Below are positions 7,936-14,608 of a stretch of 14,608 nucleotides of DNA, piece by piece (the stretch's first letter is position 1; each line of letters starts with the position of its first letter). Made by a program: the position numbers and the translations under genes. The DNA is from an uncultured Deinococcales bacterium (GTDB lineage Bacteria; Deinococcota; Deinococci; Deinococcales; Trueperaceae). The notes under the pieces are model-generated. The model was not told the origin of the DNA, ran no database searches, and was given only the letters and a program-made list of their open reading frames with translations. Location of the stretch: positions 1 to 14,608 of the forward strand of contig CALHRJ010000386.1 in NCBI GenBank assembly GCA_938038395.1, in the 5' to 3' direction.

Positions 7936-9423
7936 ATGAGAACGATCCACACTGCAACTGGGCGTGGCTCTGTATCTAACTTTAACAAGTTGGATATATC
8001 GGCAAGTGTATTTATTACGCTTGTCTTGAGTTTGTTTGGTTTTACTGCTATTGCACAATCCGTAGCAGGTATAGATATTCGACTTAATACAGAAAATGAA
8101 TTTTATGTTGCAGAGTATCAGCAAGGGGATGCACCGCAACTTGGTGTAGCTGTATCACGCGATAGTTACGTTTATGTATTTAGTATTGATTCTGATTTAC
8201 GTTATGCGAAGGTGTTGCCAAATAGTTATGAGCCAAACAACTATGTTTATGCTTCACAGGGTGCAAGTTATCCAAATTTTGAAAGCCAATATAGTTTTTC
8301 GCTTGAAGGTTTGCAAGACTATACGACACTCTTTGCCTTAGCTAGTCCTCGTGCGATTAGTGACACAAGGCTCGAGCGCCTTATACAGAAGTATGTGCTT
8401 TTTGCAGAAGCTTATAGCGACCCAGTCAAGCTCGCCAATGTTATCATTGGACCAGATATTGGTTCTGACATTAGTTACTTATATGTTTCAGGTGAACAAG
8501 TTAGTCAAAGTACATCTAATGTCGTACCAATAAATCCAGCTTATTATCAACTTGACTATGCATTGAATACTGGAATGGACGTTGAAGTCAATAGTTCTAT
8601 CGTTCAGCAAGAAAGTGGAACAGAGTATAATTTAGCGAACTACGGTGCAGAATACGCGACAGGTGCATATGCGACTGCTGAATATAATGAAGTCTTAGAC
8701 GCCTACCAAACAAGTTTAGATATTTATAATACTTATACGACTGATGAAGCTATTGCTACAGAAACTTCAGCAAATTTGAATAGTGCACAGTCAAATGTCG
8801 TTACTGCTAGTGTTGTTAATCAAGTAAAAGTATTTCCACAAACCATTACATTAACTGGTGTAGAACCTGCTCCAAGCGAAGCTACTGCACAAGTAGGTTA
8901 TGTAACACCTGTTATTGAACAACAAAATACTATAGTAAACGATAACACTGTTTTAGCTGTATCTAATGTAGCCGTTTCTAATGTAGTTACAAGTCCAACA
9001 GAGGCTAGCATTGAACAACCCATCTCGGTGGTTGAACAGTCACTGCAGTCTGCGGTTAATACAACACCTTTCAGAAGTTGGGTAGCCTTAGGACTTGACA
9101 GTTATCGCTTTGAGTTTCAACAGTATTGTTATTGTACAGATGAATATCTTTATGAGATGATTGTATCTGTTGAGAATGGTAATATAACTCAAGTTCAGTA
9201 CCTTGAGAATAATCAAGATGTACCACGCCATGTTTTTGAATCGGTACCAACCATTGAAGAGATGTTTATGGGTATTGCGGAAATACGAGTCGAAGGTTTA
9301 ACCACTGTCAATGTAAGCTATGACCAGAATTATAGCTATCCTAACAACATTTACTTCGTTAACAATCCCAAAACAGATATTGATGACGTAAGTTACCAGA
9401 TTTCGTATTTTGAAATTCAGTAA
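7936..9423 (+). CDS. Secreted protein: N-terminal DUF4384-like domain, ~250-aa S/T/N/Q/V-rich low-complexity linker, C-terminal ~110-aa Cys-containing (CYC) domain
   Basis: Start chosen at ATG 7936 because GGAGG lies 5 nt upstream. The ORF track's 7882 start would add a non-signal-like extension. Signal peptide ...ASVFITLVLSLFGFTAIAQS. DUF4384-like signature (DSYVYVFSIDSDLRYAKVLPNSYEPNNYVYASQGASYP...TTLFALASPRAISD). The C-terminal module YRFEFQQYCYCTDEYLYEMIVSVENGNITQVQY resembles CFC-motif lipoprotein-type DUFs; I recall but cannot verify a match to a CFC-motif family such as DUF6174. Confidence 0.65.
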   Translation: MRTIHTATGRGSVSNFNKLDISASVFITLVLSLFGFTAIAQSVAGIDIRLNTENEFYVAEYQQGDAPQLGVAVSRDSYVYVFSIDSDLRYAKVLPNSYEPNNYVYASQGASYPNFESQYSFSLEGLQDYTTLFALASPRAISDTRLERLIQKYVLFAEAYSDPVKLANVIIGPDIGSDISYLYVSGEQVSQSTSNVVPINPAYYQLDYALNTGMDVEVNSSIVQQESGTEYNLANYGAEYATGAYATAEYNEVLDAYQTSLDIYNTYTTDEAIATETSANLNSAQSNVVTASVVNQVKVFPQTITLTGVEPAPSEATAQVGYVTPVIEQQNTIVNDNTVLAVSNVAVSNVVTSPTEASIEQPISVVEQSLQSAVNTTPFRSWVALGLDSYRFEFQQYCYCTDEYLYEMIVSVENGNITQVQYLENNQDVPRHVFESVPTIEEMFMGIAEIRVEGLTTVNVSYDQNYSYPNNIYFVNNPKTDIDDVSYQISYFEIQ

Positions 9424-9431
9424 CATAATCT

Positions 9432-9446
9432 ATAGCTAATGAACAA
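9432..9446. repeat. Left copy of an exact 15-bp direct repeat (atagctaatgaacaa) that brackets the NACHT gene
   Basis: Identical 15-mer at 11522-11536; 16 of 17 positions match when extended. Chance expectation of such a pair in 14.6 kb is roughly 0.1. Confidence 0.5.
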
Positions 9447-9469
9447 ACCCATTGGCTTGCCAATGGGTT
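9446..9469. other. Near-perfect 24-bp palindrome aacccattggc-tt-gccaatgggtt immediately after the DUF4384 stop and abutting the left direct repeat
   Basis: 11-bp arms are exact reverse complements. No T-tract follows, so it is more likely a protein or recombination site than a terminator. Confidence 0.45.
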
Positions 9470-9568
9470 ATGGGGTATCTGACGAAGAAATCTTCTAGAG
9501 CTTGCTTAGACGTTGATTCTGGATGTTTTAAGGCAAGCTTTAGTATCCCTGTTCACAGTTAAATTTAT

Positions 9569-9603
9569 AAGGAGTGGTACTTGTGACTACTCCTTATTTT
9601 TAA
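9569..9603 (+). terminator. Rho-independent terminator (10-bp stem AAGGAGUGGU / ACUACUCCUU, 7-nt loop, then AUUUUUAAUAGUUUUUAU)
   Basis: Stem has 9 Watson-Crick pairs plus one G-U pair, followed by a U-rich tract. It lies 146 bp downstream of the DUF4384 gene on the same strand. Confidence 0.55.
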
Positions 9604-9864
9604 TAGTTTTTATATGAAGTACCAAGGTAAAATTAGGTTTAACTATCTTAAAGCTATAATTGTACCGAATATTCAATCCTGTAGAGCTTTAGTGTCTAAT
9701 CAGAACATATAATTTGATTATGTACAGGTACTTACTACTTTGTAACATAAGTAAATTTGTATGTTTTTAATCGCTTAAACCTCAGATACTTGGCATTCAG
9801 AGTTTATTTATTTATACACCACAATCTATAGTGGAGAATGTTAAAGAACTTTTGTTACACGTAC

Positions 9865-11523
9865 TTAACTATGGGTAAGAATAACTTCCCTCTGAATACG
9901 ATACTTATCTGTTAGCTTTTCTAGTGCTACCTTTGCCATAGCATCGATAGGGCTATTATTTAAAGTAATTAAGCTCTCAAGATTATCCTGAATGCGTTCT
10001 ACTACAATATTCGATAAAGTATTGCTTTGAAGGGCTACGTTGCTAGCAAAAAATAATGCCTGTTCTTTGTTTTCAGTTAAGGATAAGAGCCAATAGATAA
10101 GCTCATCAGCTTTAATACTTTTATCTTTGGCAAGCAGTGCATAAAACATCAAAACACCATGCTGTCCTTGATCTCTTAGTTTGAGACCACTGTTTTTTAA
10201 GTGGTTTAATCCATCTTGCCCTTTATGATGAAGCTGTTTTGCTATGTAAAAATCCTGAAAGCTTTTATGGCTAAACTCTAAGATGTTGTTCTCGTAATTC
10301 GTACTAAGACCATCACTTATAAAAATACTATGTTTGTTTTCACAAGCATCCAAGAGTGTATCGAGCTCATCGGGTGTTAAGGGGTGTCCTAAATTATCAA
10401 GCTCTGACATTAGGATTTTTTTACACCAGTTACTTTGAATGTAAAGTGCATTATTTTTATGTATGGTGTAAGCAATGCGCTCGAGCGCAAATCCCCACTG
10501 CGACGGATGGCAACCTTCGGGTGTATACCACAGCAAACTTTGTTTTAAATAACTTTCAAAGAGTGCAGCAGTTTCGGTTTCTAGCGCAACTTTATCCGTA
10601 TAAAGCGCAAGCAACATACAAAGCATCATAGGGTTTTGACATAGTTCAGCAATCTTTGGATTACTTTCAACTCTCTGAATAAAGTCCTGAGCGTCTAAAG
10701 AGTTATCTAAAGCGACACCGTTAGCCAAATACTTGAAGTGTTTGTTTACATAGTGTTCGATACCAGTAGTACTTAAGGGTAATAAAGCGTAGGTAGCGAA
10801 GCGTGTATCTGAGTACATCTCTGAATGTATAGGTTGATTACTTGTAATCACTACATAATGATTGGAATGCTTTCTTGCAAAGTCTTCAATAGTTGTGAAG
10901 GCTTCTTGTTGTATATCGTCATATACAATGTCATCTAAACCATCAAAAAGGAATAAACATTTACTGGCAGCTAGTTTTTCTTCAACCAGTTTTTGAGCCT
11001 GCTCACTTACTGCTAAATGTTCAGGTAGTGCTAATTTTATTATTTTGTCGATAGTTAAAGTATTTTCAGGTATATCGAGGTGTTCTGTATGGTTGAGCAG
11101 TTTAAGTGGTATGAAAAATGCAAGGGTTTCCTCTTCAGAGTCAGATTTAAAACTTGCTGCTCTAAGTGCTAAAAAACGGCAAAGTGTTGTTTTGCCATAG
11201 CCTGAAGGTGCAGTAATCAGCAACTGTTTGTGTAGCGCCATTGCATCATTAATGCTCTTTGTGGCAGATGGGGTTTCTGCTTGTTGTGGCAAGGTATAGG
11301 GAGGCTCGAGCTCTTCTAAGCTTGCTTGACAATATAGCTCTGGTAATTCAGGAAAGCCATTAACAGGACCAATAGGCACATCTGTTAGATAGGTACATTC
11401 TTCAATTAACCATGTCCTATAAGACTCTTCGAAAGACCGTTTACTTAATTGCGCTTTAAAGGCGTCACGACTGCTATTTTTGTCTTTTTTGCCTAAGAAA
11501 CCAATAACCTTTTGCCATGCCAT
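9865..11523 (-). CDS. NACHT-family STAND NTPase (552 aa) with a short ~100-aa N-terminal region, no recognisable effector domain and a C-terminal helical (HEAT/ARM-like) region
   Basis: Walker A LLITAPSGYGKTTLCRFLAL. Walker B CLFLFDGLDDI. NACHT-specific motifs VVITSN, YALLPLSTTGIEHYV and CQNPMMLCMLLALY, plus the downstream FSHKSFQDFYIAKQL motif. The AAGG Shine-Dalgarno-like site is weak and distant. Stop is TAA at 9865-9867 on the complement strand. Confidence 0.85.
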   Translation of the reverse strand: MAWQKVIGFLGKKDKNSSRDAFKAQLSKRSFEESYRTWLIEECTYLTDVPIGPVNGFPELPELYCQASLEELEPPYTLPQQAETPSATKSINDAMALHKQLLITAPSGYGKTTLCRFLALRAASFKSDSEEETLAFFIPLKLLNHTEHLDIPENTLTIDKIIKLALPEHLAVSEQAQKLVEEKLAASKCLFLFDGLDDIVYDDIQQEAFTTIEDFARKHSNHYVVITSNQPIHSEMYSDTRFATYALLPLSTTGIEHYVNKHFKYLANGVALDNSLDAQDFIQRVESNPKIAELCQNPMMLCMLLALYTDKVALETETAALFESYLKQSLLWYTPEGCHPSQWGFALERIAYTIHKNNALYIQSNWCKKILMSELDNLGHPLTPDELDTLLDACENKHSIFISDGLSTNYENNILEFSHKSFQDFYIAKQLHHKGQDGLNHLKNSGLKLRDQGQHGVLMFYALLAKDKSIKADELIYWLLSLTENKEQALFFASNVALQSNTLSNIVVERIQDNLESLITLNNSPIDAMAKVALEKLTDKYRIQREVILTHS

Positions 11524-11536
11524 AGCTAATGAACAA
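11522..11536. repeat. Right copy of the 15-bp direct repeat atagctaatgaacaa; overlaps the NACHT start codon (complement of 11521-11523)
   Basis: Exact match to 9432-9446. Confidence 0.5.
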
Positions 11537-11895
11537 CCTTACAGAACGTCCACGAGTTATTAGTAATGAATCTCGTGCCCAGAGTTATATTGACACGAAA
11601 TATGTATTCTATGTATTTGATGCATCCTATGCAATTGTTGAGGAATTTAGCATCCTGTAAGTTCATAGTTAAATTATACCTTAGTGATACCTTAGTACAA
11701 AAAGCATTTAAGCAAACTACAACGGTATTGAGCTATTTATGTATATTTGATTGATAAATTATGAAGTTTTAAAAGACGTGCTTTTTCTTAAGTAGCTGAA
11801 ACGATTAGTTTTTGAAAAAATGGGTAGGCTATGAGCCATCATAGAATCTTAATCAGTAAGGAATTATTTTGAATTAGCCATTATCCTTAACTATT

Positions 11896-11921
11896 GTGTT
11901 TATCCACTGTGTTCATCCACC
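11896..11921. promoter_or_regulatory. Tandem 13-bp direct repeats tgtgttTatccac / tgtgttCatccac (DnaA-box-like TTATCCAC cores) followed by a 7-bp stem (tcatcca/tggatga), upstream of nfeD
   Basis: Read directly. TTATCCACT matches the E. coli-type DnaA box at 8 of 9 positions. Another TTATCC lies at 11881. Confidence 0.35.
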
Positions 11922-11981
11922 TTTTGGATGATGATAACGTATAGAAAGTGATACATACTATATACAACGGTCATGACCTAG

Positions 11982-12042
11982 ATAGAGCCTTGGTTAAAAA
12001 ATAGAGCTTTAGTTAGGAAATAGAGCATTGGCTAGAAAATAG
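11982..12042. repeat. 3.2 tandem copies of a 19-bp imperfect direct repeat (ATAGAGCNTTGGTTARRAA) ending at the nfeD ribosome-binding site
   Basis: Units at 11982-12000, 12001-12019 and 12020-12038, plus partial atag at 12039-12042 running into the AGGAGG Shine-Dalgarno site (12044-12049). Confidence 0.8.
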
Positions 12043-12054
12043 TAGGAGGTGTTT

Positions 12055-12741
12055 GTGTTCGGTTGGCAAGATTTAACAACAATTCAACAAATTCTTTGGG
12101 TACTCGCGATACTCTCAACAAGTTTTTTTGTATTCACAACCCTTCTAGCATCACTTGGTTTGGGTGATTCAGATATTGATTTTGATACAAGCTTGGATGC
12201 GCCAGATGTAGATGTTAACCCGGATATTAACCCAGATATTAACCCAGATATTGATGTAAATGCTGATGCATTAGATATACCAGATTTAGATGGTGTAGAT
12301 AGTTCAGACGCTGCAACGAGTGAATTACTTGAGTATCTTAGCTTCCGCAATATTTTAGCCTTTACCCTAGGCTTTTCGTGGACAGGTGTACTCTTTTTCC
12401 CGCAGTTAAATGTCTTTTCACTCTTACTCGCTGTACCTGCTGGTGTTCTTTTTGCTTACCTAAATAAATGGCTAACTGACCGTATGCATAGTTTGGAAAG
12501 CAAAGGCAATGCAGATGTACATGATGCTATGGGTCAGTGGGCAAAAGTAAGTGTTGCTATTGATGAGAATTTACAAGGTAAGGGCAAAGTAGTTGTACGA
12601 GTACGTGACCGTGAGATGGAATTATTAGCGCAAACAGAAGATAGCCAAACACTCAAACGTGGTGACAGAGTACAAGTTTACGACGTGAACGATGGCATTC
12701 TTTGGGTATCAAAAGAAGATCGTTTAGGACTTGATAGCTAA
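12055..12741 (+). CDS. NfeD-like membrane protein (YuaF/YqiJ type: N-terminal TM helices plus C-terminal OB-fold beta-barrel), flotillin partner
   Basis: Two hydrophobic segments flank an acidic NPDI-repeat loop. C-terminal OB-fold-like segment GQWAKVSVAIDENLQGKGKVVVRVRDREMELLAQTEDSQTLKRGDRVQVYDVNDGILWV. Start is ambiguous: GTG 12049 overlaps the AGGAGG site, while GTG 12055 sits 5 nt after it and is preferred. There is no ATG. Confidence 0.7.
   Translation: MFGWQDLTTIQQILWVLAILSTSFFVFTTLLASLGLGDSDIDFDTSLDAPDVDVNPDINPDINPDIDVNADALDIPDLDGVDSSDAATSELLEYLSFRNILAFTLGFSWTGVLFFPQLNVFSLLLAVPAGVLFAYLNKWLTDRMHSLESKGNADVHDAMGQWAKVSVAIDENLQGKGKVVVRVRDREMELLAQTEDSQTLKRGDRVQVYDVNDGILWVSKEDRLGLDS
12217..12252 (+). 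repeat. Three tandem 12-bp units (aacccRgatatt) encoding NPDI-NPDI-NPDI within the NfeD-like protein loop
   Basis: Units at 12217-12228, 12229-12240 and 12241-12252; the unit is in frame (4 codons), so copy-number change by slippage would keep the frame. Confidence 0.85.
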
Positions 12742-12754
12742 TATAGTCAGTAAA

Positions 12755-12925
12755 AACCTAGGTTAAGGGGTGCGTCCTGCCAAAGGTTGAACAAATATCT
12801 AAGCTAATCATTAGATTATTCCAGTTAACAGGGACGAACCTTGGAAGTTTTTTTAAAAAGCAAAAAAACTTCTATTTGTGTTAAAACTATTTTTAACCTT
12901 GACTGGGATGCACCTAGGTTAAGTG
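12755..12925. mobile_element. Possible MITE-like small element or structured spacer between nfeD and the flotillin gene: ACCTAGGTTAAG at both ends (12756-12767, 12911-12922) with adjacent imperfectly inverted GGTGCGTCC / GGATGCACC blocks; internal 11-bp A/T hairpin (12844-12872)
   Basis: Repeats read directly. The 460-bp gap is atypical for nfeD-flotillin pairs, which are normally adjacent or overlapping. Confidence 0.25.
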
Positions 12926-13149
12926 ACAATCTGTAATAGAAGACCGAATCAAACTTAATTATAGATTCATAAATCCAGAATTCATGTCTTGTGGAAATAG
13001 TTTTTTGACAAACTACTTGATACTATTGAATTAGGTATATGTCTAAAGGGTAAGCAACTCAGGTTTATTACAATAGCTTTATTGTGCTTAATGGCTTTGC
13101 TATACATTATTAATTACTATAGATAACTTTTACAAAAATAGGCTTTATC

Positions 13150-13169
13150 AGACTATAGAAATATAGTCT
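13150..13169. promoter_or_regulatory. Perfect 8-bp inverted repeat agactata-gaaa-tatagtct 34 bp upstream of the flotillin start; each arm contains a TATAGT (-10-like) hexamer
   Basis: The reverse complement of 13150-13157 equals 13162-13169. Confidence 0.35.
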
Positions 13170-13202
13170 GTTCAAAATACAAAAGATAAATGGAGGTAAT
13201 AC

Positions 13203-14579
13203 ATGCTTTTTGGTAATCTTGCCATCTTAATTGGCATATTGATCGTATTTCTTTTTCTAGTTATTGTTTATTGGATTAGTCGCTATCGTCGTTGTCCGTC
13301 AAACAAAATCCTAGTTGTTTATGGTCGTGTGGGTGGCGGTAAAAGTGCAAATGTTATCCACGGTGGTGGTACTTTTGTATGGCCTGTAATTCAGGCATTT
13401 AGCTACCTTGATCTAACCCCAATGACGATTGACATCAAACTGCAAAATGCACTTTCAAAGCAAAATATCCGTGTAGATGTACCGAGTCGTTTTACTGTTG
13501 CTATTAGTACAGACCAGCAAAGCATGATGAACGCTGCAGAGCGTCTTTTAGGACTTCAGAAGCAAGAAATCGAAGATCTTGCTATGGATATTATCTTCGG
13601 TCAGCTACGTGCAACGATTGCAACGATGGACATCGAAGAGATTAACTCTGACCGTGAGCGTTTTGAAAAGTCAGTGATGGATAACATCGAAACAGAGCTG
13701 CGTAAAGTTGGTCTAAGTGTTATTAACGTAAACATCAGTGACATCAGCGATGAAGGTGGCTATATTGAGGCGCTTGGTAAAAAGGCAAGTGCCCAAGCAG
13801 TCAACCAAGCAAAAATTGATGCTGCGGATGCTATGCGAAAAGGTGAATCTGGTAGTGCGCTTGCGTTGCAAGATCAGCGTATTGCAGTTGCTGAAGCCGA
13901 TGCAGTAGCACAGCTTGGTGAAAATACTTCTAAAGCACGCATTGCTGAATCAGAAGCACAGTTGCAAGTTGCTGAAGCTGAAGCACTTAAGGTTTCTACA
14001 GTAGCGGAGCGTACTAGAGCTGCGGAAGCACAAATGGAAGCCTATCGTTCTGAGCAAGCAGCGGAGCTCGAGCGCGCCAAAGCAGAAGAGGCTAAGTTGC
14101 AAGCTGAGCAAATCGTTCCTGCGGAGATTGCACGTCAAAAAGCGATTCTAATTGCAGACGCAGAAGCTGAGTCCGAGAAGCGCCAAGGTGAAGGTGAAGC
14201 AAATCGCTTACAAGCCATCCTTGAAGGGCAAGCTCAAGGTCTTGCTAAAGTTGTTGAAGCTGCTGGTGGCGATGCAAATGCAGCTGTACAGCTCCTATAT
14301 GTACAGCAACTACCTGAGCTTATGAAGATTCAAACTGATGCTATGAAGCAAGTACAGTTTGGTGATATTACCCTAGTAGGTGGTGGTCAAGAGGGTGGTG
14401 GCAGTGGCATCTCTAATGTTCTTAAGGAACTTAGTGTAGGTATGGCTGGTGCTAGTGCAATTGGACAGCAACTAGGCATTCCGTTCTTACAAGGTGGTAA
14501 AGGTAGCGATGATAGTTCTAAAGCAAATGGGAAGAGTAGTTCGCCTGTAGAGGGTAGTCCTATTGTTGTTCAAGAGTAA
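13203..14579 (+). CDS. floT: Flotillin-like protein (SPFH/band-7 domain, FloT/YuaG type) with an Ala/Glu-rich coiled-coil region and a Gly-rich tail
   Basis: N-terminal TM anchor. SPFH core (KILVVYGRVGGGKSANVIHGGGTFVWPVIQAFSYLDLTPMTIDIKL...). EA-repeat coiled coil (AEAEALKVS...AAELERAKAEEAKLQAEQ). GGAGG lies 6 nt before the ATG. The syntenic NfeD-like partner is upstream. Gene symbol is by analogy to B. subtilis. Confidence 0.9.
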   Translation: MLFGNLAILIGILIVFLFLVIVYWISRYRRCPSNKILVVYGRVGGGKSANVIHGGGTFVWPVIQAFSYLDLTPMTIDIKLQNALSKQNIRVDVPSRFTVAISTDQQSMMNAAERLLGLQKQEIEDLAMDIIFGQLRATIATMDIEEINSDRERFEKSVMDNIETELRKVGLSVINVNISDISDEGGYIEALGKKASAQAVNQAKIDAADAMRKGESGSALALQDQRIAVAEADAVAQLGENTSKARIAESEAQLQVAEAEALKVSTVAERTRAAEAQMEAYRSEQAAELERAKAEEAKLQAEQIVPAEIARQKAILIADAEAESEKRQGEGEANRLQAILEGQAQGLAKVVEAAGGDANAAVQLLYVQQLPELMKIQTDAMKQVQFGDITLVGGGQEGGGSGISNVLKELSVGMAGASAIGQQLGIPFLQGGKGSDDSSKANGKSSSPVEGSPIVVQE

Positions 14580-14608
14580 AAGATAGCTTTACAGTATTGT
14601 CTGCCTCT

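Noticed and set aside
7897-8139. 80-aa minus-strand ORF and 60-aa ORF (8351-8533) within the DUF4384 gene
   Set aside because: Both are embedded in or antisense to the larger signal-peptide-bearing CDS and have no RBS.
9446-9469. Interpreting the 24-bp palindrome plus flanking direct repeats as an integron attC site
   Set aside because: There is no GTTRRRY core, no intI nearby and only one cassette-like gene, so it is kept as a generic insertion-scar hypothesis.
10356-10631. 91-aa plus-strand ORF antisense to the NACHT gene
   Set aside because: It is internal to a CDS supported by motifs and has no RBS.
11566-11754. 62-aa ORF in the NACHT/nfeD divergent intergenic region
   Set aside because: It has no Shine-Dalgarno site, an AT-rich low-complexity translation and no recognisable motif. 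A small protein cannot be excluded, but nothing supports one.
12084-12350. 88-aa minus-strand ORF antisense to the nfeD NPDI repeat
   Set aside because: It is a mirror-frame artefact of the repeat, giving an ISGL-repeat translation.
13950-14138. 62-aa minus-strand ORF inside the flotillin gene
   Set aside because: It is antisense to the EA-repeat coiled-coil region, a common artefact.
1-14608. Scan for CRISPR arrays, tRNA or rRNA genes
   Set aside because: No regularly spaced direct repeats with unique spacers, no GTTCGAATC-type T-arm with a cloverleaf context and no rRNA-like conserved stretches were seen.

Overview
The window is AT-rich bacterial chromosomal DNA. Strong GGAGG-type Shine-Dalgarno sites and the gene content (trmFO, dnaA not followed by dnaN, PepSY, DUF4384, NACHT, nfeD-flotillin) suggest a cyanobacterium-like or Firmicute-like genome, but the organism cannot be named from sequence alone.

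The first ~6.5 kb is a compact housekeeping block. It holds the 3' end of trmFO, a DEDDh 3'-5' exonuclease, dnaA behind a 680-bp AT-rich leader, and a VOC/glyoxalase gene. Divergent from the VOC gene is a regulator that appears to be two HxlR-type wHTH domains fused in one chain. A metallophosphoesterase and an EamA/DMT transporter follow.

From ~6.55 kb the region looks accessory. It begins with a secreted PepSY-domain protein whose acidic His/Asp/Glu tail stops at an in-frame TAA. A same-frame ORF of the same composition runs on for another 66 codons. Next is a large secreted DUF4384-like protein with a low-complexity linker and a Cys-containing C-terminal module. A minimal NACHT (STAND) NTPase follows; it has no recognisable effector domain and is bracketed by an exact 15-bp direct repeat. 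Last is an nfeD-like/flotillin pair. The nfeD promoter carries a 3.2-copy 19-bp tandem repeat and a doublet of DnaA-box-like direct repeats. A 460-bp spacer containing a MITE-like element separates nfeD from the flotillin gene.

Several operator-like palindromes and one good intrinsic terminator are annotated. I found no tRNA, rRNA or CRISPR. The most plausible candidate for an undescribed system is the NACHT NTPase cassette together with its secreted and membrane-scaffold neighbours. This is inference from gene architecture only.
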